Made by a program: the position numbers and the translations under genes
Notes under the pieces: model-generated
Database searches by the model: none
The model's input: only the letters and a program-made list of their open reading frames with translations
Told to the model about the DNA's origin: nothing
Assembly (NCBI GenBank): GCA_965205265.1
Contig: CBDBGH010000003.1
Span: 4,576,001 to 4,640,000, forward strand
Source: Alphaproteobacteria bacterium
GTDB lineage: Bacteria; Pseudomonadota; Alphaproteobacteria; Bin95
DNA: 64,000 nucleotides
Direction: 5' to 3'
Shown here: one piece after another, positions 10,370 through 20,675 of the stretch
Numbering within the stretch: the stretch's first letter is position 1
Layout of the letters: each line of letters begins with the position of its first letter

Positions 10370-11014
10370 ATGAACGAAGAGGGCGGGTTGCACATTGTCC
10401 ACGACGAGATCGTGGCGCCCGGCGCTCCGTGGTCGGCGCGCGTGAGGCGGGACCAGGTGTTGCGCATCGTCGATCTGGAGGGCGCGCAGGGCGTCGATTT
10501 CCTGTGTTACGACGCGGCCGACCCGCAGGAACGCTACTACGCGCCGAACACGATCAAGAAGAGCGGCACGCTTCGCCTGACCGAGGGCCATGCGCTCTAC
10601 TCGGACCGGGGACGGCCGCTTTTCACGATCGTGGCCGATTCCTGCGGCCACCACGATACCATCGCCGGTTGCTGCAGCGCCCCCAGCAACGCCATGCTCT
10701 ACGGCGTGGAAGGAGCGCCGGGTTGCCGGGAGAACTTCCTGGCCGCCCTGGCGGAGCACGGCCTGGGATGGAAAGACATCGTGCCCAATGTCAACTTTTT
10801 CTGCGCCGTGCCGGTCCGCGAAGGAGGCCGTCTGGCGGAGCGGACCTTCGTCAGCAGCCCGTCCAGGCCCGGCGACCATGTCGATCTGAGGGCCGAACGC
10901 GACGTCCTCGCCATCGTCTCCAACTGCCCCCAGGTCAACAATCCGGCCGCCGGGGGCCGACCGACCCCGATCCGCGTACAGATACTCGAATCCGGCGTCG
11001 TTCGGCCCCTGTAG
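10370..11014 (+). CDS. DUF1989 (urea carboxylase-associated/CgdAB-like) protein
   Basis: LRIVDLEGAQGVD, HDTIAGCCS, CRENF, NVNFF, SNCPQVNNP. Confidence 0.88.
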   Translation: MNEEGGLHIVHDEIVAPGAPWSARVRRDQVLRIVDLEGAQGVDFLCYDAADPQERYYAPNTIKKSGTLRLTEGHALYSDRGRPLFTIVADSCGHHDTIAGCCSAPSNAMLYGVEGAPGCRENFLAALAEHGLGWKDIVPNVNFFCAVPVREGGRLAERTFVSSPSRPGDHVDLRAERDVLAIVSNCPQVNNPAAGGRPTPIRVQILESGVVRPL

Positions 11015-11103
11015 AATTTCACGGCCATCCAGGCGCCGCAAATCCTGCGTCCGCTATCGTCCGGTGCGGACCGGCCGCAGGGAGCAGGCCGAGGAGATAG
11101 CCC

Positions 11104-12474
11104 ATGCCCGTCATTCGCAGCCTCGCCATCGCGTTCGGCGTCTTCCTGGTGCTGGCGGCAACCGTCGTTCACGCCCGGGCGGAGAGCACGGACCGCGCCG
11201 TCGTCCGGGCGTTCCTGACCCTGCTCGCCGGGGAGGCGAACGATAAAGGGCACGCGGTTCAGCTGATCGAGACGCAATGGGAACCGTCATTCCTGCCGAT
11301 GGCTCTCGAGGCAATCCGCCTGACCCGCAGCGCCGAGGTCTCCGGCGCCCTGGTGAGAATCATGGAACGGGAAACCGGCGCCCGGCTCGGCCACGACCTC
11401 AACGCCTGGCAACGCAGGATGTGGAACGCGCCCGAGGCGCGGCACCCGCGCTATGCTGCCTTCAAGAGCGCGCTCTACAGCCTCATCGACCCGCGGTTCT
11501 CGGCCTATTTCGACACGGGCGGCGAAACGCTCATCCGGCTCGACGAGATCGTCTGGGGCGGTGTGCGGCAGGACGGCATCCCGCCGCTTCGCGACCCGGC
11601 GATGCTGGCCGCGGAGGACGCCGGCTATCTGGAGGACGACCACATCGTGTTCGGCCTCTCCGTCAACGGCGACGCCCGCGCCTATCCGAAGCGCATCCTC
11701 GGCTGGCACGAGATGTTCGTCGACACCGTCGGCGGCGTGCCGGTCGCCGGGGTGTACTGCACGCTCTGCGGCACCGTGATCCTCTACTACACAGAGCATG
11801 AAGGCGTGAATCACGAACTCGGCACGAGCGGCTTCCTCTACCGTTCCAACAAGCTCATGTACGACCGGGCAACCCAGTCGCTGTGGAGCACGATGCTGGG
11901 CGCGCCGGTCGTCGGGCCGCTTGCCGGGAAGGGCATCGCGCTGAAGAGCGGGGCCGTGGTGACGACCAGTTGGGGCGAGTGGCGCCGGCGGCACCCCGGA
12001 ACCCGGGTGCTCTCGCTCGATACCGGCTTCCTGCGCAACTACGCCGAAGGGGCCGCCTACCGCGACTACTACGCGACCGACGAACTGATGTTCCCGGTCC
12101 CGGTCCTCGACACCCGGCTGAAGAACAAGGACGAGGTGTTCACGCTGCTGCTCCCCGGTCACCCCGAGGCGCCGCTCGCCATATCGGCCGCGTTCCTCGC
12201 CGCAAAGCCCGTCCATCACGATGCGATCGAAGGCACGGCGCTGGTGGTGCTCACCGATCCGTCGGGCGCGAACCGCGCCTATGCGAGCGAAGAGGTGACG
12301 TTCGCGCGGTGGGACGGCGACCGGCGCGCGGAGGACAGCTCCGGTGCGATCTGGACGATGGACGAGCACGCGCTGACCGCCGAGGACGGGCGTGCGCTCC
12401 GCCGTATCCCGGCGCAGCGGGCGTTCTGGTTCGGCTGGTACGCCGCGTTCCCGAACACACGGCTGGTGCAATAG
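11104..12474 (+). CDS. DUF3179 domain exported protein
   Basis: Signal peptide, WGGVRQDGIPPL, ARAYP, YCTLCG, SGFLYRSNKLMYDRATQSLW, FWFGWYAAFP. Confidence 0.88.
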   Translation: MPVIRSLAIAFGVFLVLAATVVHARAESTDRAVVRAFLTLLAGEANDKGHAVQLIETQWEPSFLPMALEAIRLTRSAEVSGALVRIMERETGARLGHDLNAWQRRMWNAPEARHPRYAAFKSALYSLIDPRFSAYFDTGGETLIRLDEIVWGGVRQDGIPPLRDPAMLAAEDAGYLEDDHIVFGLSVNGDARAYPKRILGWHEMFVDTVGGVPVAGVYCTLCGTVILYYTEHEGVNHELGTSGFLYRSNKLMYDRATQSLWSTMLGAPVVGPLAGKGIALKSGAVVTTSWGEWRRRHPGTRVLSLDTGFLRNYAEGAAYRDYYATDELMFPVPVLDTRLKNKDEVFTLLLPGHPEAPLAISAAFLAAKPVHHDAIEGTALVVLTDPSGANRAYASEEVTFARWDGDRRAEDSSGAIWTMDEHALTAEDGRALRRIPAQRAFWFGWYAAFPNTRLVQ

Positions 12475-12792
12475 CGGGCCGGCTCACCCTGCGGCGCCGC
12501 GAAGGGGTTCCGCAACCCGTACGCGAACAGGCGGACAGCCACTGTCAGCCGGACGCAACCCGATGAATTTCAGCAATATTTTTGGAAGCAGCGTTTAACA
12601 TGTATCGGGATCAGATGTGCCGCTGAATTCGGAATGGCGAAATGAGACTGCGCGGACCCGCTCGGCCGCATCGGCCGGGTTTGGACGCCGGACCGACGCG
12701 GATATTGACTGCGGGCTATTGCGACGACGCCCGCCACTGACACAAGAGCCTGCCGACCATAGGCGGAGACGATAGGGGGATATGGGGCGACG

Positions 12793-13068
12793 ATGACGCC
12801 CAAGCCCGCAGCAGGCGTGATCGATCCAGCGTTGCGGACTGGTGCGGGTGGACTGGAGCTGGGTTTCGCCTATACCGTCGCTGACCGAGTGCTGTTTCTC
12901 CAGAACGGCAGGATTCTCGAGCAGAGCGACCCGAAATCCGTGCTGCTCGACCCCGAAGAGGAAGGGACCCGGAATTTCCTGCGCGGCCACAGTTCGTTCC
13001 GTTTGCCCTGTCCGCAGGAGAATAGGCGGCAAGTTCATGAAAGCAGAATTCCCCCGGACGACGCATGA
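12793..13068 (+). pseudogene. C-terminal remnant of amino-acid ABC transporter ATP-binding protein
   Basis: ELGFAYTVADRVLFLQNGRILEQSDPKSVLLDP..TRNFL matches a GlnQ-type C-terminus; Walker motifs absent. Confidence 0.7.
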
Positions 13069-13960
13069 GGCGGAGGAAGACGACCGCAACCGCGACATCC
13101 GGATCTATGTCAATGGCGAGATCCTGCATCGCGACGAGGCGAAGGTCTCGGTTTACGATTCCGGCTTCCTGCTGGGCGACGGCATGTGGGAGGGCATGCG
13201 GCTCCATAACGGCAAATGGGCCTTCTTCGACGACCACATGGACCGGCTGTTCGACGGCTGCAAGGCGGTCTCTCTGGATATTGGCATGGACCGCGGTGAG
13301 ATTGCGGCCGCACTCCACCGGACGGCCGAGGCGAACGGCATGACGGATGACGCGCATTGCCGGTTGATGGTCACGCGCGGCGTCAAGGCCAAACCCTTTC
13401 AGCATCCGAGCCTCTCGCGCTCCGGGCCGACAGTGGTCATCATCATCGAGCATTCCCGCCCGGTGGACCGGTTCGCGGAACGCGGCGTCCGCCTGGCGAC
13501 GGTGCCGCAGGTGCGCGGCCTGCCGCATTCCCAGGACGCCAAGCTCAACTCGCATTCCAAGCTGAACTGCGTCATCGCGAGCCTCCAGGCCGAGGCGGCC
13601 GGCACCGACGAGGCGCTAATGCTCGACCCGCACGGCTTCGTCAACACGACCAACTCCTGCAATTTCTTCGCGGTCCGGCGCGGCGAGGTCTGGACCTCGC
13701 CCGGCGCCTACTGCATGAACGGCGTCACGCGGGGCAAGGTGATCGAACTTTGCCGGGCGAACGGCATCCCGGTGTTCGAGAAGAATTTCTCGCTTTACGA
13801 GGCCTACAGCGCGGATGAGGCGTTCCTGACGGGCACGTTCGGTGCACAGACGCCGGTCGGCGAAATCGACGGCAGGCAGCTCGGCTCGGGCTATGCCGGG
13901 CCCGTCACAAGGCGTATCCGCGCCCTCTATGAGGACCTTGTCAGGACCGATACGGAATAG
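13037..13960 (+). CDS. Class IV aminotransferase (IlvE/D-amino-acid aminotransferase-like)
   Basis: SVYDSGFLLGDGMWEG, HMDRL, DEALMLD, GVTRGKVI, ADEAFLTGT. Confidence 0.92.
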   Translation: MKAEFPRTTHEAEEDDRNRDIRIYVNGEILHRDEAKVSVYDSGFLLGDGMWEGMRLHNGKWAFFDDHMDRLFDGCKAVSLDIGMDRGEIAAALHRTAEANGMTDDAHCRLMVTRGVKAKPFQHPSLSRSGPTVVIIIEHSRPVDRFAERGVRLATVPQVRGLPHSQDAKLNSHSKLNCVIASLQAEAAGTDEALMLDPHGFVNTTNSCNFFAVRRGEVWTSPGAYCMNGVTRGKVIELCRANGIPVFEKNFSLYEAYSADEAFLTGTFGAQTPVGEIDGRQLGSGYAGPVTRRIRALYEDLVRTDTE

Positions 13961-14192
13961 GCGATGACCGCAGCGCTTTCTTCCCGCGAGCCGCTGGCCG
14001 GCGCAGCGAGGCACGGACAGATCGTCCACGCCCTGCGGGCGGTCGCAGCCGACGCCCGCCCGGATCCGGAGACGCCGCAACAATACGTCCTGTTCGGAGA
14101 CCGGATGGAGCCTTGCCGAAAGCAGTGCCATACATCCAGAACGCCCGGGGACTTGCGGGCGGTCCGGGGTCTTTCGGGGAGGAAGCGGCCGG

Positions 14193-16124
14193 CTAGGATT
14201 CGGCCCGCTTCCGCATGAAGCGGCCGGCGGCGAAGACCCCGGCCAGAACCGCCAGGCCCACGGCGTCGCTTTCGAGCCCCGGGAAGAGGAAGGCGGCGGC
14301 GGCGGCAAGAAGCGGCAGGCGCAGCGGCCATTCGATGCGGCCGACGCCGTACAGCCATCCTTCGAACCCGGCGGCCATCAGCCAGACGGCGATAATCGCC
14401 GTGCCGGTATCGTGCAGGATATCGAAGAACCCGCCCTCCAGGATCAAGGTCGGAGTCAGCACGAACAGGAAGGGCAAGATGAAGTTGATGATGCCCATGC
14501 GCATCGCCGTGAAGCCGGTGCGCAACGCATTGGAGCCGGAGATCGTCGAGGCCGCGACCGCCGCCAGCGCCACCGGCGGGGTGATGTAGGAGAGCATGCC
14601 CCAATAGAGGATGAACAGGTGGCTTGCGATGACATTCAGGCCGGCTTCCTGCAGCGCCGGGCCGAGCACGATCGCAAGGAAGATGTAGCAGGCGCTGACC
14701 GTCATTCCCATGCCGAGCACGAAACTCGTGACCGCGCCCATGGCGAGCAGAAACAACACGTCGTCGCCGGCGAGCAGCACCAGTTCGCTCGAAAAGGCGG
14801 GACCCACGCCGGTGAAGGAGAGCGCGCCCACGATCATGCCGATGCCGACCAGTATGCCGACGATATTGGCGATATTGCGCGCCGCATCGTCGAGCAGGTC
14901 GAGAAGCTGAACGGGACGAAAGGGGATACGGCCCGGCGCGAGCTTCGACATAACCGCCGAGGACAGAAGCAACACCAGGGTTGCGTAATAGGGCGCCTGG
15001 CTTTCCACGCCGACCCAGATCAGCAGGTAGATCAGTACGGCGAGACTGAACAGGAAGTGCCAACCGTCCGCGAGAACGGCGCCGAGTTTGGGAATTTCCG
15101 AACGATCCTGACCCACGAGGCCGTTTCGGGCGGCGAAGTTATCCGCCTGCAACAGCAGCGCCAGGTAAAACAGCACGGCCGGCACAAGCGCCGCGATAAC
15201 GACCGTCGCGTAGGAGATGTTGAGGATCTCGGCCATGATGAAGGCGACCACGCCCATAACCGGCGGCATCAGCGCGCCGCCGGTCGAGGCGCAGGCTTCT
15301 ACCGAGGCCGCATAGGTCGGCGGATACCCTGTGCGCCGCATGGTCGGGATGGTGAGTTTCCCGGTCGTTACGACATTGGAGATGACGCTGCCGGAAAGCG
15401 AACCGAAGAAGCCGCTGGAGAGCACGGCGACCTTCGCCGGCCCGCCCCGCGTCGTGCCCATGAGCGCGGTTGCAAACGACATGAAGAACTCGCCGCCGCC
15501 GGTAATCGCCAGCGCCGAACCGAAGACGAGGAAGCCGATCAGGATCGACGACACCGCCCGCATCGGCACTCCGATAATGCTCTCGGTGCCCATGGCATGA
15601 ACCCGCACGACTTCTTCGAACGGGCTTTCCGGCCCCCACATGAAGCCCGGCATCTGCTCTGCGAACAGCGGGTAGAGGAAAAAGAATCCGCAGATCGCGA
15701 AGAGTATCCAGCCGCCGATGCGGCGCACGGCTTCCAGTGCAAGCAGGCAGACCAGTCCGGCAATGACCGTGGCGTCGGTCGGGGCCAGGATGTCCCATCC
15801 CTCCTGAATGATGCGCTCGCCGTTCCAGGCAAGGTACAGTCCCGACGCGATCGCCAGGGCGAAGAGGGCCCAATCGTAGATGGGTATATGGTGGAAGGCC
15901 TTCTTGTGCGCCGGGTAAATGACAAAAACAAGCGACAGAAAGAGCGCGACGAGAATGTAGTAATAGGAGGTGTCGATCATCAGGTGGTCGACGAAGAACT
16001 GGAGATTGTAGATCTGGTTTATATGCAGAAAAATTCCCACAAAACCGAAAACCATAATCAATGGACGGGCGATTCCTCCTTTGCCGCGAACCGGCAGTCC
16101 CGAGGGTTCTTTGGCTTCGGTCAT
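14193..16124 (-). CDS. TAXI-TRAP fused permease (4TM/12TM)
   Basis: RGGPAKVAV, TIPTM, EACASTGGALMPPVMG, ITPPVALA. Confidence 0.92.
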   Translation of the reverse strand: MTEAKEPSGLPVRGKGGIARPLIMVFGFVGIFLHINQIYNLQFFVDHLMIDTSYYYILVALFLSLVFVIYPAHKKAFHHIPIYDWALFALAIASGLYLAWNGERIIQEGWDILAPTDATVIAGLVCLLALEAVRRIGGWILFAICGFFFLYPLFAEQMPGFMWGPESPFEEVVRVHAMGTESIIGVPMRAVSSILIGFLVFGSALAITGGGEFFMSFATALMGTTRGGPAKVAVLSSGFFGSLSGSVISNVVTTGKLTIPTMRRTGYPPTYAASVEACASTGGALMPPVMGVVAFIMAEILNISYATVVIAALVPAVLFYLALLLQADNFAARNGLVGQDRSEIPKLGAVLADGWHFLFSLAVLIYLLIWVGVESQAPYYATLVLLLSSAVMSKLAPGRIPFRPVQLLDLLDDAARNIANIVGILVGIGMIVGALSFTGVGPAFSSELVLLAGDDVLFLLAMGAVTSFVLGMGMTVSACYIFLAIVLGPALQEAGLNVIASHLFILYWGMLSYITPPVALAAVAASTISGSNALRTGFTAMRMGIINFILPFLFVLTPTLILEGGFFDILHDTGTAIIAVWLMAAGFEGWLYGVGRIEWPLRLPLLAAAAAFLFPGLESDAVGLAVLAGVFAAGRFMRKRAES

Positions 16125-16211
16125 GTCGGTCTTCTCATCGTATCGGGAGGCTCACAAGAAACTCCCCCGCCCGCATGGGGCGGGGGAGCGCCGTTGTGAG
16201 TCGAAAACGGC

Positions 16212-17378
16212 TTAGAGGTGTTCGTCGCGGTAGCGCTGCCACCAGGCGGGCCATTCCGCAGCGACATCCACTTTCTCTTTCTTTTCCCGCTTCTCCAGGC
16301 GCATGGCGTCGAAATCGGCGTTTGCCATCTCCCAGACCTCGATGACCTTTTCGAGCCGCGCAAGCCGCTCGTCGTGCCACGCCTGGTCTTCCGCCGTCCA
16401 GTAGCCCTTTTCCTTGGCGTAGCGGATCGAGCCTTCGTGCCAGGGCGCGTCCGCCGGCGGGCGGCCCGCCTTGTCGAGGGCCCAGTTGAAGGAGCTCGCC
16501 GTGGTGTTCTTGTAGTCGTCGAAGCTCATGTCGAGAGCCTTGACGAGGTTATAGACCTCATCGGCGCTCTGACGGGCATAGGTGGTAATCATCGGGTAGC
16601 GGTAGCCCACCAGCCATGCCGGATTCTCTTCCGAAAGGCCTGCGCCCCGCGTTTCTTCGACCGGCTTGACGAAGCTGATGATGCTCTTCATCGCGTCCCA
16701 GCCGGCCTTGTTCTCCGGCCGGAAGGGCGGCCAGTAGAGGCCGCGCGGGCTGGCCTCGATCTGGCGCATGTTCGCCGAAGTCGTCACGCTGCCGAAGGCG
16801 TCGAGCTGATTGGCCAGCAGCGCATCCTTCATGGCCCGGTAGCTGCCGAACCAGACCTGCTGTACGTCGTCCCGGGTGAGGCCGCCGAAAGCCAGGTAGC
16901 CGTCGTTCTTGACGTTGACGGAGGGGTTGGCCTTCACGAAGCCGATGCGCTTGCCCTTGAGGTCGGAGATTTCCTTGACGCCGATATCCGCAGCCGTCGC
17001 GAGCCCTACCGCAGCGACACGCCCGACGACGATCCGGAGGTCCTGCGGCCCCCATTCGCGCACGCCGAAATCGTATGTGCCTTCGGCGGCGAAGAAAGCC
17101 TCGTTGGCGAGGAAGCCGTAGGACACCTTGCCGGTCGTGATCGGCAACAGGCGGCCGATCGAAGTGCCGGCGGGCACGATTCGGATACGGGTTCCGAAGT
17201 TCTTCCTGAAGGCATTGGCGATGCCTGCGGCTTCGGCATAGCCGGATGAGCCGAGGTCGTAGGCGCTCCAGACCATGGATTTGGGAAGTTTCGGCGCGTG
17301 GCCATCAGCAGCAGCGACGCCCGCAAAGGCGATCGCGGCAGCGCCGGCGACGAGGCCGGTTGCGATGCGCGAAGTCAT
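16212..17378 (-). CDS. TAXI-family TRAP substrate-binding protein
   Basis: Signal peptide, AYDLGSSGY, DLKGKRI, PWHEGSIRY; upstream of fused permease. Confidence 0.88.
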   Translation of the reverse strand: MTSRIATGLVAGAAAIAFAGVAAADGHAPKLPKSMVWSAYDLGSSGYAEAAGIANAFRKNFGTRIRIVPAGTSIGRLLPITTGKVSYGFLANEAFFAAEGTYDFGVREWGPQDLRIVVGRVAAVGLATAADIGVKEISDLKGKRIGFVKANPSVNVKNDGYLAFGGLTRDDVQQVWFGSYRAMKDALLANQLDAFGSVTTSANMRQIEASPRGLYWPPFRPENKAGWDAMKSIISFVKPVEETRGAGLSEENPAWLVGYRYPMITTYARQSADEVYNLVKALDMSFDDYKNTTASSFNWALDKAGRPPADAPWHEGSIRYAKEKGYWTAEDQAWHDERLARLEKVIEVWEMANADFDAMRLEKREKKEKVDVAAEWPAWWQRYRDEHL

Positions 17379-18033
17379 ATTGGGTCGATTCTCCCGTTTG
17401 CGAAAAAGCGGTCGCCTATGTGAGGACGACCGCCCGGCCGCGTCCGTCCGGGACGCGACGAAGATCGACTATAGCCTTTCTCGTCGAGTTTGAGGAGCGG
17501 GTGGGCGCTGAATTCCGAGGCCAGGGCGGTGAGGCCAGGGCGGGCCAGGTATTCGGGGCCGAGGTCCTGCCGGCCTGTGCAACCCATCGGGTCGAGCGCG
17601 GTCACTACCTCGTCCTTGCGTCCACGGCGCATCGGAGCCCGATATTGCAGAACGGCCAGGCCTCAAGAGTGCCAATTTCAGCTTGCTCTCGGCCTTTCGG
17701 TGCTCTCCCGACCTTGTCCCGCTTGCAGCCGCCTTTGTGGCCGCCCCTGAAGACCGGCGTCTATTCGCGAAGCAGTCCGGCACTCTGTCCGGTGCGCGCC
17801 CGCTCCGGACAGAGAGTTCGTGCGTCGCACTTCGACCTGCAATTGCATTCGCGTCGAGGGCGGGGGTCCGGTTTGTGGCGGGGCGGCCCATGGCTCCCAT
17901 TTCGCGGTGCGGTTGCTGCTGGCGTTGCGGACGCGGGCGCCGATGAATCCGGTCCTGCCGGAGCGGAAGAGGGCCGGTTTCCGCCGGAGCCGTCCCCGTT
18001 CAGCAACCGGCGGATCCGTTCAGGACATGATGT

Positions 18034-18649
18034 TTACGAAGAGAACCTTGCAGCCGCCCGGGAAAACCCTGGCGGGTTCTCACGCCGCGGGTTCCTTGAT
18101 GGCGTCCGGCCAGATCCGCACGAGCGTCCGGTTGCGCTCCTCCGTCGAGTGGCCCCACTCGACATCCTTGAGCCCCGCGCCGACCCCGTAGCCCGACCAG
18201 CCGGTCCAGACAATGCGTTCAGATCCTCAAGGCGGGCATAGACATAATAGTTGTCCTGCCGGGTCCAGACCACGTCGAGGCGGCTGCCGTCGGGAAAGTC
18301 GAACCGGAGAGGTTCGAGGCCTCCGCGGTCGGCCCGGTCGAGAATGTCGAGGACCGGTTCGCAGGGCTCGCCGTTCCGGTCCTCGGTCCGGACGACCTCT
18401 TCGGGCAGATCGATGCCGTGTTCCAGCAGGTCGAGCTTCTGTCCGTTCAACCGGACCCAGACATCGTCCTGCTTATAGAGGCCGACATGGAGCGGCCCGT
18501 CGCCGAGCACGACATGGCCGTGGGGATTCTCCCGGATCTCCTTGTTGACCTCTTCCCGGGGCACGTCCTGGGCCGCGAAGGCGAAGCCGGGCCACACGCC
18601 TGGAACGGTTTCCGCCCGGTCGGAAATCTCCGTGGGAACTGTAGGCCAT
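18034..18649 (-). pseudogene. Hypothetical protein, apparently frameshifted just after the start codon
   Basis: Protein-like frame (TVPTEISDRAETVPGVWPGFAF..YYVYARLE); RBS GGAGCAGGAG plus ATG at 18649 is one base out of that frame. Confidence 0.4.
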
Positions 18650-20093
18650 CGTCTCGTTCTCCTGCTCCGGCCTCCAACCGGGGTCGATCGGCCGGGCGCC
18701 GGAAACCGGTTTGCAGTTCGGGAATTTTACAAGAGCCTCTTCCCGTAATATCGTCGTCCCATCTTCAGGGGGAAGCTGTGGCTCGCCCGCGAGGCCGAAC
18801 GGTCCCGGGGGCTTCCCTGTCATTGAACCGACTTCGAGAGCGCCGCTTCGCTGTCATCGACTGCGGCCTCCATTGCGGCCGAGGCGCCGCAACGAGCCCC
18901 TGCCGGCATCCTTGCAACGGCGCAAGCGCTTAGGCTGGCAGGACGCGCCGGACTTTCGAGGGGACGGGGCCGAATTGCAGGCCCGGTTCCGGCTTATGGC
19001 GCAAACCGCATCCGTGGCGCGTCGGTCCGAAGCCGGGCCGACCCATGACATGCCGGTCCGGACAGGACCGGCGGATAACCGGGAGTAGGATCGAGCTATG
19101 GAAAGTGTGTCCCTGTCGACGAAGAACTCGGAGTTTGAACTCGAACGCCAGAGCTACAGCGACGACCCGCTGGAGGATCGCGAAACCGATCTCTACCGCG
19201 GCGAGTACATCCTGTCCTTTGTGGAGAAGTGGGACGAGCTGATTAACTGGGCGGCGCGCGCCGAGAGCGAGGGACAGTTTTTCATCGATGTGCTTCGCGC
19301 CCGGGGCAAGGCATCCGTGTTGGATGTCGCCTGCGGCACGGGGTTCCACTCGGTGCGCCTGACCGAGGCCGGCTTCGATGTGACATCGAGCGACGGGTCG
19401 GCCACGATGCTGGCCAAGGCCTTCGAGAACGCCAGGGCGCGCGGGCTGATCCTCAAGACGGTCCAGGCCGACTGGCGTTGGCTGAACCGTCACATCCAGG
19501 GCAAGTACGATGCGATCATCTGCCTCGGCAACTCGTTCACCCACCTGCATGAGGAGCAGGACCGCCGCCGCGCCCTGGCCGAGTTCTACGCCGCGCTGAA
19601 GCATGACGGGATGCTGATCCTGGACCAGCGCAACTACGACGCCATGCTGGACGAGGGCTTTTCATCGAAGCACAAATACTACTACTGCGGCGACGAGGTG
19701 AATGCGGAGCCCGAATATATCGACGACAGCCTCGTCCGGATGAAATACAGCTTCGCCGACGGTTCCGACTACACGCTCAACCTCAGTCCGATCCGCAAGA
19801 ATTACATGCGCCGGCTGCTCGGCGAGGCCGGGTTCGCGCGGGTACGCACCTATGGCGACTTCCAGGAGACTTACGCCGAGAACGAGCCGGACTTCTTCAT
19901 TCATATCGCCGAGAAATCCACGCTGCATGTCGTGCGCTGGGGCGGCGGCGTCCGCGAGGAGGGCGAGAGCGACGTTCGCGACATCACCGAGGACTATTAC
20001 GACAGCGACGACGCCGACACGTTCTACTCGATGGTCTGGGGCGGCGAGGACCTGCATCTCGGCATCTACGAGACGACGCAGGACATTCGCGAG

Positions 20094-20308
20094 GCCAGCG
20101 CCGAAACCGTCGACCGGATGATGGCGATGCTGCCGGGTATCGGCCCCGGCTCCCGCGTTCTGGACATCGGCGCCGGCTATGGCGGCTCGGTGCGGCGCGT
20201 CGTCGGGCGGACCGGCTGCACGGCGACATGCCTCAACATCTCCGAGACGCAGAACGACACCAACCGGGCCAGGAACCGGCAGGCGAAACTCGGCAGCCGG
20301 ATATCGGT
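20094..20308 (+). repeat. 215-bp target-site duplication, left copy (right copy 24232-24446)
   Basis: GCCAGCGCCGAAACC...CCGGATATCGGT appears identically on both sides of the outer IS. Confidence 0.93.
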
Positions 20309-20427
20309 CCTGACTTCGACGGTTGGGCTGACTTCTGACCGATCTCGCGTCTGGAGTTTTCAGTAAAGCCAATGAGTTGGCAGTTGCGGTGCGGTCAAGC
20401 TGCGTTGTAGTGCCTAGTAAATCTTTG

Positions 20428-20518
20428 AGACTGTCAATGCCTCCGCCACGCGCTACACTCCCCCCATGTTCGTGCGCATCAAGACCTCCCCCAACAGCCC
20501 GCGACGCTCGGTCCAGAT
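20428..20518 (+). repeat. 91-bp target-site duplication of the inner IS, left copy (right copy 22435-22525)
   Basis: AGACTGTCAATG...GGTCCAGAT flanks the inner element on both sides. Confidence 0.92.
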
Positions 20519-20640
20519 CCTGACTTCGACGGTTGGGCTGACTTCTGACCGATCTCGCGTCTGGAGTTTTCAGTAAAGCCAATGAGTTGGCAGTTGCGGT
20601 GCGGTCAAGCTGCGTTGTAGTGCCTAGTAAATCTTTGAGA

Positions 20641-20669
20641 CTGTCAATGCCTCCGCCACGCGCTACACT
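20641..20669 (+). promoter_or_regulatory. Putative sigma70 promoter of the transposase (leaderless mRNA)
   Basis: CTGTCA-17 bp-TACACT, 6 nt before ATG 20676, no Shine-Dalgarno; also at 20431-20459 and 22438-22466. Confidence 0.5.
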
Positions 20670-20675
20670 CCCCCC

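Noticed and set aside
17655-17680. GAGTGCCAA resembling half a CIRCE or a sigma54 -24 box
   Set aside because: The matching half-site and a correctly spaced -12 GC are absent.
20307-20576. Both insertions fuse the target ORF to the same peptide LTSTVGLTSDRSRVWSFQ
   Set aside because: Same-phase insertion has a one-in-three chance; two events are not evidence of a tagging mechanism.
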